NCBI GenBank assembly: GCA_038229915.1
Contig: JBBRNY010000003.1
Span: forward strand, 1 to 60,569
Direction: 5' to 3'
Length of the DNA: 60,569 bases
Source: Candidatus Kapaibacterium sp.
GTDB taxonomy: Bacteria; Bacteroidota; Ignavibacteria; Palsa-1295
In this document: piece by piece, positions 8,322 through 17,956 of the stretch
How positions within the stretch are numbered: the first letter of the stretch is position 1
Layout: every line of letters begins with the position of its first letter
Program-made: the position numbers and the translations under genes
The notes under the pieces: generated by a model
The model's database searches: none
What the model saw: the letters and a program-made list of their open reading frames with translations, nothing else
What the model was told of the DNA's origin: nothing

Positions 8322-8714
8322 TTAGTGTGTGCTGGAGCTTGCAAGACTTGAATGCTCTTTGCGTTTTATTTCATAACGGAGCATTCCGCAAAGTGAAAGT
8401 TGATACAGAGCAGCTCCGAATAAAGCAGCAAGAATTGTTGTCGGAGTCTGAAAATCAGTTGACCATAGTGCAGCAAAAAAGTAGATGCAGAAGAATATTG
8501 CCGATCTGATTTTCTCTGTTTGTAAAGAGCTTGTCTCAGCAAACGACAGCATGATCAGTTTGGGCAATGCACTCAGGAGAGCGCCTACTGCAAAGGAGAT
8601 CGAGTGCAACGGAAACCCAGGAAAAACGAATAGCGCTACCGTAAAGCCAAGAGCCTTTAGATCTGTTAAGTAATTTTGGACTTCAAATTTTTTCATAGCA
8701 GGTTTTCCTTTCAT
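8322..8714 (-). CDS. Hypothetical membrane protein
   Basis: 130-aa ORF with 3-4 hydrophobic segments. I recognise no family. Confidence 0.45.
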   Translation of the reverse strand: MKGKPAMKKFEVQNYLTDLKALGFTVALFVFPGFPLHSISFAVGALLSALPKLIMLSFAETSSLQTEKIRSAIFFCIYFFAALWSTDFQTPTTILAALFGAALYQLSLCGMLRYEIKRKEHSSLASSSTH

Positions 8715-8748
8715 TTACAAAACGAAAATAGATTTTTATAAATTCCTC

Positions 8749-10155
8749 TTACTCCCCGATGATCTTTGCGAGTTCTTTGTGTGAGATCGTCATTGCTACT
8801 TCGTGATCTATCACACCGAGTTCGAGAAGTCGGTTGATGGCTATTTGTTTTGTCTGGAGTTCTATCTCGGTGATCGAGTCGGTCTTAAAAAGATGTTTTA
8901 TCCAGCGTGTGCCTTTTTGAATATGCGTACGCTCATCAGCATTGACATAATCAAACAAGAGTCCGGTAATATCTTTTTTCTTGTAGCCCTCGCGTGATTG
9001 TTTTGCCACTTCCTGCACAATGTTTGCTTCGCCAAAAAGACAGATCTCGGCAAACGAAAACTCGGGTGGCATTTTGGTGCGGACTTTGATACCCATTAAT
9101 CTATTAGCAAGATCATACGGATCAAAACCCTTCATCTCAAGGGCTTTGAAGCCAAGTTCGGTGTGGCGTGTTTCGTCGTAGATGATGCGTGCAAGGTCGT
9201 AGTCAAACTCGAACGGCACATCGCGTATCTCATAGAGAATATTACAAAATGTTTCTATCGCATCAAGCTCGTCGCGCTGCGAGCGGATGAGGTCGAGTTG
9301 TGTTTCTTCATAATCTGTTTCATACTCGATACTCCCTTCATCGGCTTTCTTGTAATCATACGTATGCTCGAAGGTCTTGAAGCGCGGATCGCGAGTCGCA
9401 ACAAACGAGCGTTTGAATACTCCTTTGCCGCCACTGCGTAGTTCGTTTGGGGTGACAGTTTTTTCCTGCGCTCCAGTTATTCCGCCGATCGAACTCAGCA
9501 CTTGCTCGATATGCAATTGCGAAAAGACGATGTTTGAGCCGTCATAACCGCCATCAATGTATGCCTGAAGCGCTTCTTTGCCCCAGAGATACATTTCAGT
9601 ATAATCAGCAATAATATATTTGAGCAACCGAACCGTTGGCGCATCGGCAACCTGATCAGTGCTCATTAGGTGTTCGTGATACGCATTGATGAGTTGCGGC
9701 ACCAGAACTCCATAGACACCTGCAAGAAAATGTGCCGGTGATTCGGCATAGATCAATTCCGAAAAGAATTGCTCGATCTCTTCATTGCGATATTGATCGA
9801 CGATCTCGGGACTAATGCGAAGCTCGCCCAAGCGTTTTTGAAACGCCATCGCGGCTTCGGAATGATAATAGATATGTCTGCCATACTCCACCTTCACTTC
9901 AAACTCGGGCGTACCCATCGACCAACCGGCATGAGCGCGGAGGAGTAATCTTTCAAAATAAAAATATCGTTGCAACAGTTTGGCATTGAGCTCAACGCTA
10001 TAAGCTCCGCCCAAGACACGCGGGTCTTGGGGGAATCGGTATTGATCGAGACCCATACCACTACCGAGCAGATCTTTCGAGCCGGACCACATCGTATCGT
10101 TTTGTTCGTCGTTCACGTTGCTATTCACTTCGCTGCCTATTCTATTATTGTTCAT
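8749..10155 (-). CDS. Ferritin-like / di-iron-carboxylate superfamily protein (DUF455-like C-terminal half), unknown function
   Basis: Two ExxH motifs about 80 aa apart (IYDETRHTE and NADERTHIQ) with FGEANIVQE between them. The N-terminal half contains a helical H..E motif (YYHSEAA). Confidence 0.5.
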   Translation of the reverse strand: MNNNRIGSEVNSNVNDEQNDTMWSGSKDLLGSGMGLDQYRFPQDPRVLGGAYSVELNAKLLQRYFYFERLLLRAHAGWSMGTPEFEVKVEYGRHIYYHSEAAMAFQKRLGELRISPEIVDQYRNEEIEQFFSELIYAESPAHFLAGVYGVLVPQLINAYHEHLMSTDQVADAPTVRLLKYIIADYTEMYLWGKEALQAYIDGGYDGSNIVFSQLHIEQVLSSIGGITGAQEKTVTPNELRSGGKGVFKRSFVATRDPRFKTFEHTYDYKKADEGSIEYETDYEETQLDLIRSQRDELDAIETFCNILYEIRDVPFEFDYDLARIIYDETRHTELGFKALEMKGFDPYDLANRLMGIKVRTKMPPEFSFAEICLFGEANIVQEVAKQSREGYKKKDITGLLFDYVNADERTHIQKGTRWIKHLFKTDSITEIELQTKQIAINRLLELGVIDHEVAMTISHKELAKIIGE

Positions 10156-10244
10156 ATCAATATCCTACATACACAGAAACTTTCTCCGTCGCCGGAGAAT
10201 TCCACCATACGGAATATTCATCTATTATTACACAGTATCACGGC

Positions 10245-12350
10245 TTGAAGGTTTTCGGGTTACATATTATCGACTGGGGCATCATCATCATCTACGTTGC
10301 GGCACTCGTGGCGATAGGGCGCTATGCAAGGCGGAAGATCAAGAACACCTCCGATTTTTTTCAGGGTGGCAGGAGCTTCGGCAAAGTATTAACAGGTTTT
10401 TTGAATTTCGGGAATATGGTCAGTGCCGATCAAGCCGCCGGAGTGACCCGCGAGATCTACCGACAAGGTTTATCGGGCGTCTGGTTTCAAAATCTGGTGT
10501 TGTTCATTACTCCGTTCTATTGGTTTAGCTCGGTCTTACAGCGCCGTGCTCGGTATGTCGGGCCTGGTGATATTTACGAGCATCGGTTCGAGTCAAAGTT
10601 TCTTTCCGGTCTGTTCGCATTGTATTTGTTGCTCTCGGCGATCTATGGTTCATCGATCGGGTATCTCATCACCGGAAAAACAATGCAGGCGGTGATGATA
10701 AAACCCGCCATAGAATGTACAACCGAAGAGCTTCACAAAGTAGCGATGTATGGCGAGATGAAGCAGCTCGAAGCACGAGAGAGTGGCGGAAAACTTGATA
10801 ATATTGCAATCCAACGCCTCGGATATTTGCACGAACTCTCGAAACGTGGTGATATTGTATCGAGCATTTCGTACCTCGACCTGACGACGTTCTATCTCAT
10901 CTATGGTTGTATCACTGCGGCGTATATCATTATGGGTGGGTTGTTTGCCGCCGCGTTTACCGATGTGTTGCAAGGGTTTATGATCTTCTTTTTATCAACG
11001 GCACTCATTCCTGTTGGCTTGCACGCGCTCGGTGGTTTCGAGGGCTTGCACCAGCGAGTACCCGACGCGATGTTCGATCTGTTTGGGTCGAGTGTGGCCA
11101 GTAACTACACTTGGTATTTTGTGCTCACGATGGTGATCGTAAATTTGGTGGGCTTGGCGCCGAGAAATTTCACGGTTGGTGGTTCGGCGAAGGATGATTC
11201 GGCGGCTCGGATCGGGATGGTTGGCGGTGCATTCGCAAAACGATTGCTTATTATTGGGTGGGCGTTGACAGGGATGATCGCCATCGCACTCTATGGAGGT
11301 ACGCTTTCGGATGCGACCTTTATTTGGGGCACGATGACAAACGATCTCCTCGGTACAGGTTTTGTCGGGTTGATGATCGCGAGCGTACTCGCGGCAAATA
11401 TGGCGTCGAAAGCAGGATCGAGCTTGGAGTGGTCGGCGGCATTCACCAAAAATATTTTGCTTCCAATAAGACCAAACACCACGGAGCGAACACAATTACT
11501 GGTTGGGCGAATAGTTATTTTTTGTGTGCTTATTGGTGGTATTGGTTTTGCATATATTGCCGATGATATTTTTGTTGTGTTCAAATACGTATTATCTATC
11601 GGCACCGTCATAGGTCCTTCGCTGTGGCTTGTGTATTTTTGGCGAAGACTGACGACAAAAGCAGTGATCGTGCAGATGTGTTTGTCGCTGCTGGTGACGG
11701 TCGTGTTGCCGAATGTTGTGCCGATCTTTCCCTCAGTTCGCACCAGTACTGCAATGCTTGCCGAAACACGTGCGAAAAGCGAGATCATAACGGTTCGCGC
11801 AAAACAAAAAGATGTTGCCGATGGCAATGCTACGAAAACGGGGCAAGAAATTCAAAAACATATTACTGCACCTGCGATGCCGATTTACTTCGAGAAGATC
11901 GAGCGCATCGTGCCGAGCGATAGCTCTTCGGCGAGAATTGGTGTAGGGACGTTCAAAGCAGAACTCTGGTTGCTCACGCTTATTGGCTTCGACTTTGTAA
12001 ATTACTCCAAAGCAGGACTTGATACTGCGGCTTTTGCTTTTGATGTCATTTTTCCATTTATTGTTTTATTTATTGTGAGTTTGCTCACGCGTCGAAACAG
12101 CGAACAAGTGCTTCGCGAGTTTTATGCGCGTGTCCATACGCCCGCAATTGCCGATGCAACTGCCGATGCCATCGAAGTTCGTAAACGAATCGACGACCCC
12201 GAACTTGTTGAACAGAGTAAATTATTCCCGCATACGAATTGGGAATTTTGGAAGCCGACCCGAACCGATATTACAGGGTTTATACTTTGTTGGGTGGGCG
12301 TTGCGGTGATCATTCTATTATATGTTTGGATAATGAACATCGGTTCTTAA
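10245..12350 (+). CDS. Sodium:solute symporter (SSF) family transporter
   Basis: The N-terminus IIDWGIIIIYVAALVAIGRYARRKIKNTSDFFQGGRSFG is typical of SSF. About 13 hydrophobic segments. TTG start, so the start is uncertain. Confidence 0.8.
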   Translation: MKVFGLHIIDWGIIIIYVAALVAIGRYARRKIKNTSDFFQGGRSFGKVLTGFLNFGNMVSADQAAGVTREIYRQGLSGVWFQNLVLFITPFYWFSSVLQRRARYVGPGDIYEHRFESKFLSGLFALYLLLSAIYGSSIGYLITGKTMQAVMIKPAIECTTEELHKVAMYGEMKQLEARESGGKLDNIAIQRLGYLHELSKRGDIVSSISYLDLTTFYLIYGCITAAYIIMGGLFAAAFTDVLQGFMIFFLSTALIPVGLHALGGFEGLHQRVPDAMFDLFGSSVASNYTWYFVLTMVIVNLVGLAPRNFTVGGSAKDDSAARIGMVGGAFAKRLLIIGWALTGMIAIALYGGTLSDATFIWGTMTNDLLGTGFVGLMIASVLAANMASKAGSSLEWSAAFTKNILLPIRPNTTERTQLLVGRIVIFCVLIGGIGFAYIADDIFVVFKYVLSIGTVIGPSLWLVYFWRRLTTKAVIVQMCLSLLVTVVLPNVVPIFPSVRTSTAMLAETRAKSEIITVRAKQKDVADGNATKTGQEIQKHITAPAMPIYFEKIERIVPSDSSSARIGVGTFKAELWLLTLIGFDFVNYSKAGLDTAAFAFDVIFPFIVLFIVSLLTRRNSEQVLREFYARVHTPAIADATADAIEVRKRIDDPELVEQSKLFPHTNWEFWKPTRTDITGFILCWVGVAVIILLYVWIMNIGS

Positions 12351-12366
12351 CGTAATTTTTGCATCA

Positions 12367-14331
12367 GTGAATACACAATCGTTACATCCTGATAGCACGA
12401 CCACGCTCGCCGATACCGAATATTTTTTTCTTGGTAATGGCATTGTTACGGCGGCTATTCAATGGAGCCGTAATCCGGAGGCGACGCCGCTCGGTGTGTT
12501 ACTTTGGCGGCCGGATCAGTTTACGCGAAAATGGGGGACGAATCTGTTTCATCCTGAATATGGTCTCGAGCGCACGATGCTTACCATTATTATAGACGGT
12601 GTGCGCTACAGCCCGAAACACAATGAAGTATCGGTTGAGTGGAGCGAGTATGAAGGTGTACCGGTAGTAATGGCTTCATGGAAAGCAGGGGAGTTTACAG
12701 TTCAGGAAAGTTTTAATGTTGCTCCTGGTTCGTACTTGCTCACACGATGGGTCTGTGTTCGTGGCGCTGGTGAACGTAATGTGCAGATCGAAGCCGCACT
12801 CTATGCGAATCCTACTCTGTTTTCGACGTTCGGCTCGAAAGAATCGGAGTTGTATGCAGTTGGCTATGAAACAATATATCTCTGTACGAAACAAGCCGGT
12901 GCAGTATCGGAGCGGTTTCTTGTGGTCACGCCTGAGCCGTTTGAAAATATCCATTGCGAAGCGCATTTTATTTATGTGACTGGTATCGCAACGGAACGAG
13001 TTGAACTCAACACACAATTTGACCGTGAACGCGAGTATTGGAAAAAAACTACAGCGATAAAAGCGACTGGCGACATTCATCAAGAAATTTCGCAATTATT
13101 CTTTGCGACGAAGAACGGTCTACGTTCGGCGGTCGCAACCAACGGCAGATTCGATGCAAGCATTTGGCAATATGGAATGGAGTGGGGTCGGGATGCGGCA
13201 CGAGTTGCCGAAGGATTGATCTATACGGGTCAGTTTGAAATAGCAAGATCAGTTTTAAAAAACATTCTTACGGTTCTCTCAAATGATGAGGGGATGATCG
13301 CCGAAGCAAGTCGCTTTCGTGGCGGTGCAAACTCCGAACTCGATTCAAATGGACTTGTGCTCAATGCTTTAAAAACGTATGCCGATTGGACGGGTGATGT
13401 TGATTTTATTAAAGAATATTGGCAACGCATTTGCGCAATCGCTGATTATTTGTTGCGTCCTGAGTTTCTCGATGAGAACTCTCTGTTAAAGGCATCGCGT
13501 GATATTTGGGAGCGCTCACAAGTGGCAGGGATAGAGCCAGGGTATGATGTGGCACATCAAACGTTCGCTATCACGGGACTGAAAGCGGCAGCCTCGCTTT
13601 CAGAATATATCGGCGAGACAGAAAAAAACCTCGATTGGAGCAACGCCTCTCACAAGATAAAAAAATCATTTCTTTCGCATCCGACGCATTCATTTATTTC
13701 AAAGCAGGCGATCATCAAACGACGGTTGCTCGATGGGAGTGTACAAGAAAATTTACAGCTTGAAAGAAAAAAAGAAAACGATGACTTCTTCTCACGATTC
13801 GTGCCGAAGGATATGCCACTCGCAAAAAAGGGCAAGCACAAACTCACGCCAGATGTTTCGCAACTGTTTCCCATTCTGTTTGGAGTTGTTGACCCAACGT
13901 CAGCCGACGCAAAAAATACTATTGCTGAAGTTGCACAGTTGTGGTCACAAGAATGGGACGGAGGAGGGCTGGGGCGATATGATATTAGCGGAGAGCCGGA
14001 CTCGCCAGGACCATGGTCGCTGGCCACAATATTATTTGCGCAGTCGGCTATAAAATGTGGTGAGGGTCAGTGGGTAAAAAAATCAATGGAGTGGCTCGTG
14101 GCTCGTGCCGGATCGGGTGGTTCGTGGTTGGAGTTCTATGGCGAGCGTCCCACACCACCATTACCACCGGTCGGTATTCTTGTATGGAGTTGGGCTGAAT
14201 TTGCAACGCTTGTTGTTCGCGATCTGCTTCGTGCAAGAGTGGAAAATAATACTCTGGTATTAGATCCTCTGCTTGAAGGATTAACGATCAATATAAGATT
14301 TCGCGACACGATGATCGCTCACACATCATGA
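12367..14331 (+). CDS. Cytoplasmic (alpha/alpha)6 six-hairpin glycoside hydrolase, GH15-like
   Basis: WQYGMEWGRDAARVAEGLIYTGQFEIARSVL and later helical repeats. No signal peptide. GTG start 16 nt after the transporter stop. Confidence 0.6.
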   Translation: MNTQSLHPDSTTTLADTEYFFLGNGIVTAAIQWSRNPEATPLGVLLWRPDQFTRKWGTNLFHPEYGLERTMLTIIIDGVRYSPKHNEVSVEWSEYEGVPVVMASWKAGEFTVQESFNVAPGSYLLTRWVCVRGAGERNVQIEAALYANPTLFSTFGSKESELYAVGYETIYLCTKQAGAVSERFLVVTPEPFENIHCEAHFIYVTGIATERVELNTQFDREREYWKKTTAIKATGDIHQEISQLFFATKNGLRSAVATNGRFDASIWQYGMEWGRDAARVAEGLIYTGQFEIARSVLKNILTVLSNDEGMIAEASRFRGGANSELDSNGLVLNALKTYADWTGDVDFIKEYWQRICAIADYLLRPEFLDENSLLKASRDIWERSQVAGIEPGYDVAHQTFAITGLKAAASLSEYIGETEKNLDWSNASHKIKKSFLSHPTHSFISKQAIIKRRLLDGSVQENLQLERKKENDDFFSRFVPKDMPLAKKGKHKLTPDVSQLFPILFGVVDPTSADAKNTIAEVAQLWSQEWDGGGLGRYDISGEPDSPGPWSLATILFAQSAIKCGEGQWVKKSMEWLVARAGSGGSWLEFYGERPTPPLPPVGILVWSWAEFATLVVRDLLRARVENNTLVLDPLLEGLTINIRFRDTMIAHTS

Positions 14332-15287
14332 TGACGCGATATTTTTTACTGCTCATCTTTGCTATTTCTTTTTGTGCTTCATTGTCGGCACAGACGCATA
14401 CACGCCTCTACGCCTCTGCACTTGCAAGTGATGACCCTGCCGCATTTATGGGTGGTAGTTCTATTGGCGGAGGCTTATGGACCAGCGACGACGACGGAAA
14501 GAATTGGACTCATCTCGGATGGCAACATACAAAAGGATATTCGGTCGCGACAGATGATTCATCGAACGGAAATATTATTTTTTCAGCGTGTGGTAACGGT
14601 GTGATCGGCTCAAGAGATGGCGGGGTCAATTGGAGGATGCTTACCGATTGGCGCGTTGCAGAAGTGTTAGACATTTACGTTGGTACGCAGAAAAAAATTA
14701 CTATCGCTACGGCATCTGGTTTTTATTCAAGTCTTGATAGCGGCGAGCACTGGTCGACGATGAATGATGGAATGCCAGAGCCGCGATATTGCGCTCGTCT
14801 TTTTTTCTACAACAAACAACAGACGCTACTTGCGGCAACGTCCAATGGGTTGTACTCATATAGCGGTAAGGAAAAAAGTTGGAAACAAGACAAACGATAT
14901 ACGCAAAGCATTAAGGACATTGATACACTCTCCGACGGGAGTTTGCTGGTGCTCACAGAAAATGGGGCGCTCTACCGTGATGGTAAAATGATCGTCCGAC
15001 CATTAGCGAAGCGCGGACAGCTTTGGTGTTTAGCACATTCAGATACAACTATAATTATTGGCGGCGAACGCGGCGTGTTTTTTTATGGTGAGGATCACGT
15101 CTTAAAGTTACAATCGCAGTCGCCCAAGAATGCGCACTCGATACTCTGCACTGACGGAGAAATATTTATCGCATCACTTTCCGGTGGGGTCTATCGAGTT
15201 GACATTGGGGAAGAAGATCTGGAATTCACTCCGTTGGGTTTGGAAAAACTGCAAGTGTGGTCTTTGCGATCGGCGGTGATTAAGTAA
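14328..15287 (+). CDS. Secreted BNR/Asp-box beta-propeller protein
   Basis: Signal peptide MMTRYFLLLIFAISFCASLSAQ. Asp-boxes TSDDDGKNW, SRDGGVNW and SLDSGEHW. ATGA overlap with the upstream gene. Confidence 0.75.
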   Translation: MMTRYFLLLIFAISFCASLSAQTHTRLYASALASDDPAAFMGGSSIGGGLWTSDDDGKNWTHLGWQHTKGYSVATDDSSNGNIIFSACGNGVIGSRDGGVNWRMLTDWRVAEVLDIYVGTQKKITIATASGFYSSLDSGEHWSTMNDGMPEPRYCARLFFYNKQQTLLAATSNGLYSYSGKEKSWKQDKRYTQSIKDIDTLSDGSLLVLTENGALYRDGKMIVRPLAKRGQLWCLAHSDTTIIIGGERGVFFYGEDHVLKLQSQSPKNAHSILCTDGEIFIASLSGGVYRVDIGEEDLEFTPLGLEKLQVWSLRSAVIK

Positions 15288-16957
15288 TGCAATTACGCAA
15301 ATATATTGTAGTCATCATCTTGCTCGCTTGCGTGCAAGGTGTATCGTACGGTCAATCGCAAAAACTCAAACGTGAGACACTTGAAGCCATCGCCCACAAA
15401 GATTACAACCCTACTTTCTCCGCTATCGCCGCACAACTTAGGATCGGCACTGACGATACAAAAACGTATAAACAACTTGATGCAATGCTCGATCGCGAGT
15501 ATGGTGATATGTTTTGGATGTACGAATGTGCGGGTTTCTATTTTTCTTGCAAGGATATTTTACCCGATTCATACAAAGAAAAAATTCGTGAGTGTTGGAA
15601 AAAATTTACACCTTATCGTGGCGATACCGAAAATCATTTTCTGATGTATTATGGCTCGCTATTTTTAATGAGCGAAGAGTGGGACTCGCTTGACGGGAGC
15701 GAGTGGTTTATGGGGCGGAGTTCACAAGAGATCAGGTTCGAGTCGAAAGAATGGCTTGAACATTGGATCGATGAAACCGTGAAGAGCGGACAAACGGAGT
15801 TCGATTCGCCGCGCTATCTCTATTATTATATCACGCCACTGATCTTGCTTGCTGAATATAGCCGTGATACGCTCATCAAAAAGAAATCTTCGATGATGCT
15901 CGAGTGGATGTTGGCAAGCTACGGGTCGAAATATATGAATGGAAGCTATGCGGGGGCGCATTCGCGCGAGTCGAACGAGTCGGCAATCGCACCGACGAGC
16001 GGCGAAGCTACATCGTACGGCGAATATTTTTTTGAAGACTCGGTTCGGCATCTGTTGCCTGATGTTGCATTCGCGGCAATGACATCGTTTGAGATTCCAG
16101 AGGTTATTCGTCAGATAGCACGAGCGAGAAAAGCAGCGCATGAGTGCACAGAGATCGTTCGTTCTCGTCGTCGCATTCGTTTTGAAAAACCGCCCGTCAA
16201 AAAAATAAAAAAATATACGTATCTCACTAATGCCTATGCGCTGGGCTCTATCGAGGGGGGAATTGTTCAGCCTATTCAACAACGAACGTGGTCTTTGGTG
16301 CTCAATTCGTCGCAAAAGAATAATGCGATCATCGGGCTTCATCCGTATTTCTCGGCGCAAGAACTGGGTACGTTTTTTCCGGAAGAACCTGCATTTATGT
16401 TGCAGAAGATCGAAGGGGTAAAGCAAGGCTATGTGAGCGAAGACAAATGGGTTGGCGCATCGCCGTATGAAACGATCTGGCAGCGGCGCAATGAAGTGCG
16501 TTGCTCATATAACATCCCACAAGACGCCGTGAATCGCCATGTCGATCTCTTCTTTCCCGATTGGGGAAATATTATCGATTGTGATTCGACAATCTGGCGA
16601 CAGATCACGATCAACTACGATAGCGTTCATATCACACTCAATACCGAAACTGATTTTTCGCTCACGCATACACCGGGCGGATATCGAGTGCGGTTGCGAT
16701 TACAAGATAACAAAACAAGTTATTGGCTTTCGGTGATCAGTAAAAATGATTCGCGCGTGGTCAACTCCGATGCAAATATGTTCTTGGGCAAAGATGTCTA
16801 TCAAGATCAGGAGTTCGATAAGTGGCTTATTCATTCGCCATTTGTCGAATCGAAATATGGCAGTGGAATAATAAAAATACAGTATGGCGCGTCTGAGCGC
16901 ATCTTAAATTTTGTGAAAGCAACTACCGTAGAAAAGCTTACCGAGAGCGGTCGCTGA
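15287..16957 (+). CDS. Secreted hypothetical protein (possibly alpha/alpha-toroid lyase/hydrolase-like; not established)
   Basis: Signal peptide MQLRKYIVVIILLACVQGVSYGQ. TAATG overlap with the upstream gene. 556 aa with no motif I can name. Confidence 0.6.
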   Translation: MQLRKYIVVIILLACVQGVSYGQSQKLKRETLEAIAHKDYNPTFSAIAAQLRIGTDDTKTYKQLDAMLDREYGDMFWMYECAGFYFSCKDILPDSYKEKIRECWKKFTPYRGDTENHFLMYYGSLFLMSEEWDSLDGSEWFMGRSSQEIRFESKEWLEHWIDETVKSGQTEFDSPRYLYYYITPLILLAEYSRDTLIKKKSSMMLEWMLASYGSKYMNGSYAGAHSRESNESAIAPTSGEATSYGEYFFEDSVRHLLPDVAFAAMTSFEIPEVIRQIARARKAAHECTEIVRSRRRIRFEKPPVKKIKKYTYLTNAYALGSIEGGIVQPIQQRTWSLVLNSSQKNNAIIGLHPYFSAQELGTFFPEEPAFMLQKIEGVKQGYVSEDKWVGASPYETIWQRRNEVRCSYNIPQDAVNRHVDLFFPDWGNIIDCDSTIWRQITINYDSVHITLNTETDFSLTHTPGGYRVRLRLQDNKTSYWLSVISKNDSRVVNSDANMFLGKDVYQDQEFDKWLIHSPFVESKYGSGIIKIQYGASERILNFVKATTVEKLTESGR

Positions 16958-17594
16958 TCCAGGCATTTACTTTCTCGAGCATTGGCATCGACATTTTATG
17001 TCTGCCGTTGTACTCATAATACTCTGAAGTAAATCCCGAGCGCACATAAAAATCATTTGCGAAGATCGACTCCGATGTTGGCAAAATATGATCTCGTGTG
17101 CCGTGGGTGATGAGGTACTCGCTTTTGTGTGCGGGCAAGGTCCATTGTAAGATCGGTCTCGGAAAAAAACCGCTCATCGCGATCACGCCTTTTGGCTTGA
17201 GCACCCCGCGCATCGAAAGGATTTGGCACATCGCCGCGCCTTGACTGAAGCCGCCGAGAAAAAGATCGTTTTGCGAAATATTTCGCTCCTCTAATAATTG
17301 TAATATCTCAGTAGTCAGAATTTGTTCTGATTCGGCAAAATGCGCTTCGGAAAACGATTCGAGAGGATGATCATAGTCATACGGCGCGAACCACTCGAAC
17401 TCGCCTCTGGGGCTATCGTAGGTTGCTCTGATCGAGAGGATATGCAACGCAGGATCGAGCAAACCTTCGACCGAAAAGATCGTCTCGGCTTTGGCGGCGC
17501 GGCCGTGCAATAATATCAGCACCGAGGGCGCTGAATCGGTCTCGATTCGCGGCTTTCGCTCCAGATAGGGCAATATGGGCTTGGTCATAGGCAT
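16938..17594 (-). CDS. Alpha/beta hydrolase, phospholipase/carboxylesterase family
   Basis: Nucleophile elbow GFSQGAAM, ILLHGR near the N-terminus and a late His (HGTRDHILP). Confidence 0.75.
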   Translation of the reverse strand: MPMTKPILPYLERKPRIETDSAPSVLILLHGRAAKAETIFSVEGLLDPALHILSIRATYDSPRGEFEWFAPYDYDHPLESFSEAHFAESEQILTTEILQLLEERNISQNDLFLGGFSQGAAMCQILSMRGVLKPKGVIAMSGFFPRPILQWTLPAHKSEYLITHGTRDHILPTSESIFANDFYVRSGFTSEYYEYNGRHKMSMPMLEKVNAWISDRSR

Positions 17595-17676
17595 AATAGC
17601 GGAACCTGAACGAAGTCGAAACTCGTTAGGAGCGCACTCAACAATATGCGACGCATATTTGTTAAGACAAACGGTT

Positions 17677-17750
17677 GGCGGGGTAGCTCAGTCGGTTAGA
17701 GCGTCGGAATCATAATCCGTAGGTCGTGGGTTCAAATCCCTCCCCCGCTA
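17677..17750 (+). tRNA. tRNA with anticodon CAT (elongator Met, or Ile2 if lysidine-modified); CCA not encoded
   Basis: Hand-folded cloverleaf. Acceptor GGCGGGG/CCCCGCT, D stem GCTC/GAGC, anticodon loop ATCATAA, T arm GTGGG-TTCAAAT-CCCTC (one U-U mismatch), discriminator A. Confidence 0.9.
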
Positions 17751-17761
17751 CTTTTTATAAA

Positions 17762-17792
17762 AGCGAAAACAAATGTGTTTTCGCTTTTTTTA
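17762..17792 (+). terminator. Rho-independent terminator after the tRNA
   Basis: AGCGAAAAC-AAATGT-GTTTTCGCT followed by TTTTTTT. Confidence 0.8.
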
Positions 17793-17956
17793 TTCCCTAC
17801 CCTTTTTTGTCACAATTAAACCTTTTGGAACGTCTATCCTCTATAGGGCTTAATGCGTCTTGTTCGTACACCTGCGTTAAGATATTGTAAAATCGTAATT
17901 TAAAGTGATGGGTGTCTGAAACAAAAGTGCTTCTGGTGAGTTATTAGTGCATAGAG

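Noticed and set aside
10650-11827. Minus-strand ORFs (107, 166 and 178 aa) and plus-strand alternative-frame ORFs inside the SSF transporter gene.
   Set aside because: They are embedded in a continuous 701-aa transporter frame with typical SSF motifs, and the alternatives have no features.
15722-16426. 234-aa minus-strand ORF inside the 15287..16957 gene.
   Set aside because: It is Arg-rich and low-complexity, antisense to an ORF that has a signal peptide and is translationally coupled to its upstream neighbour.
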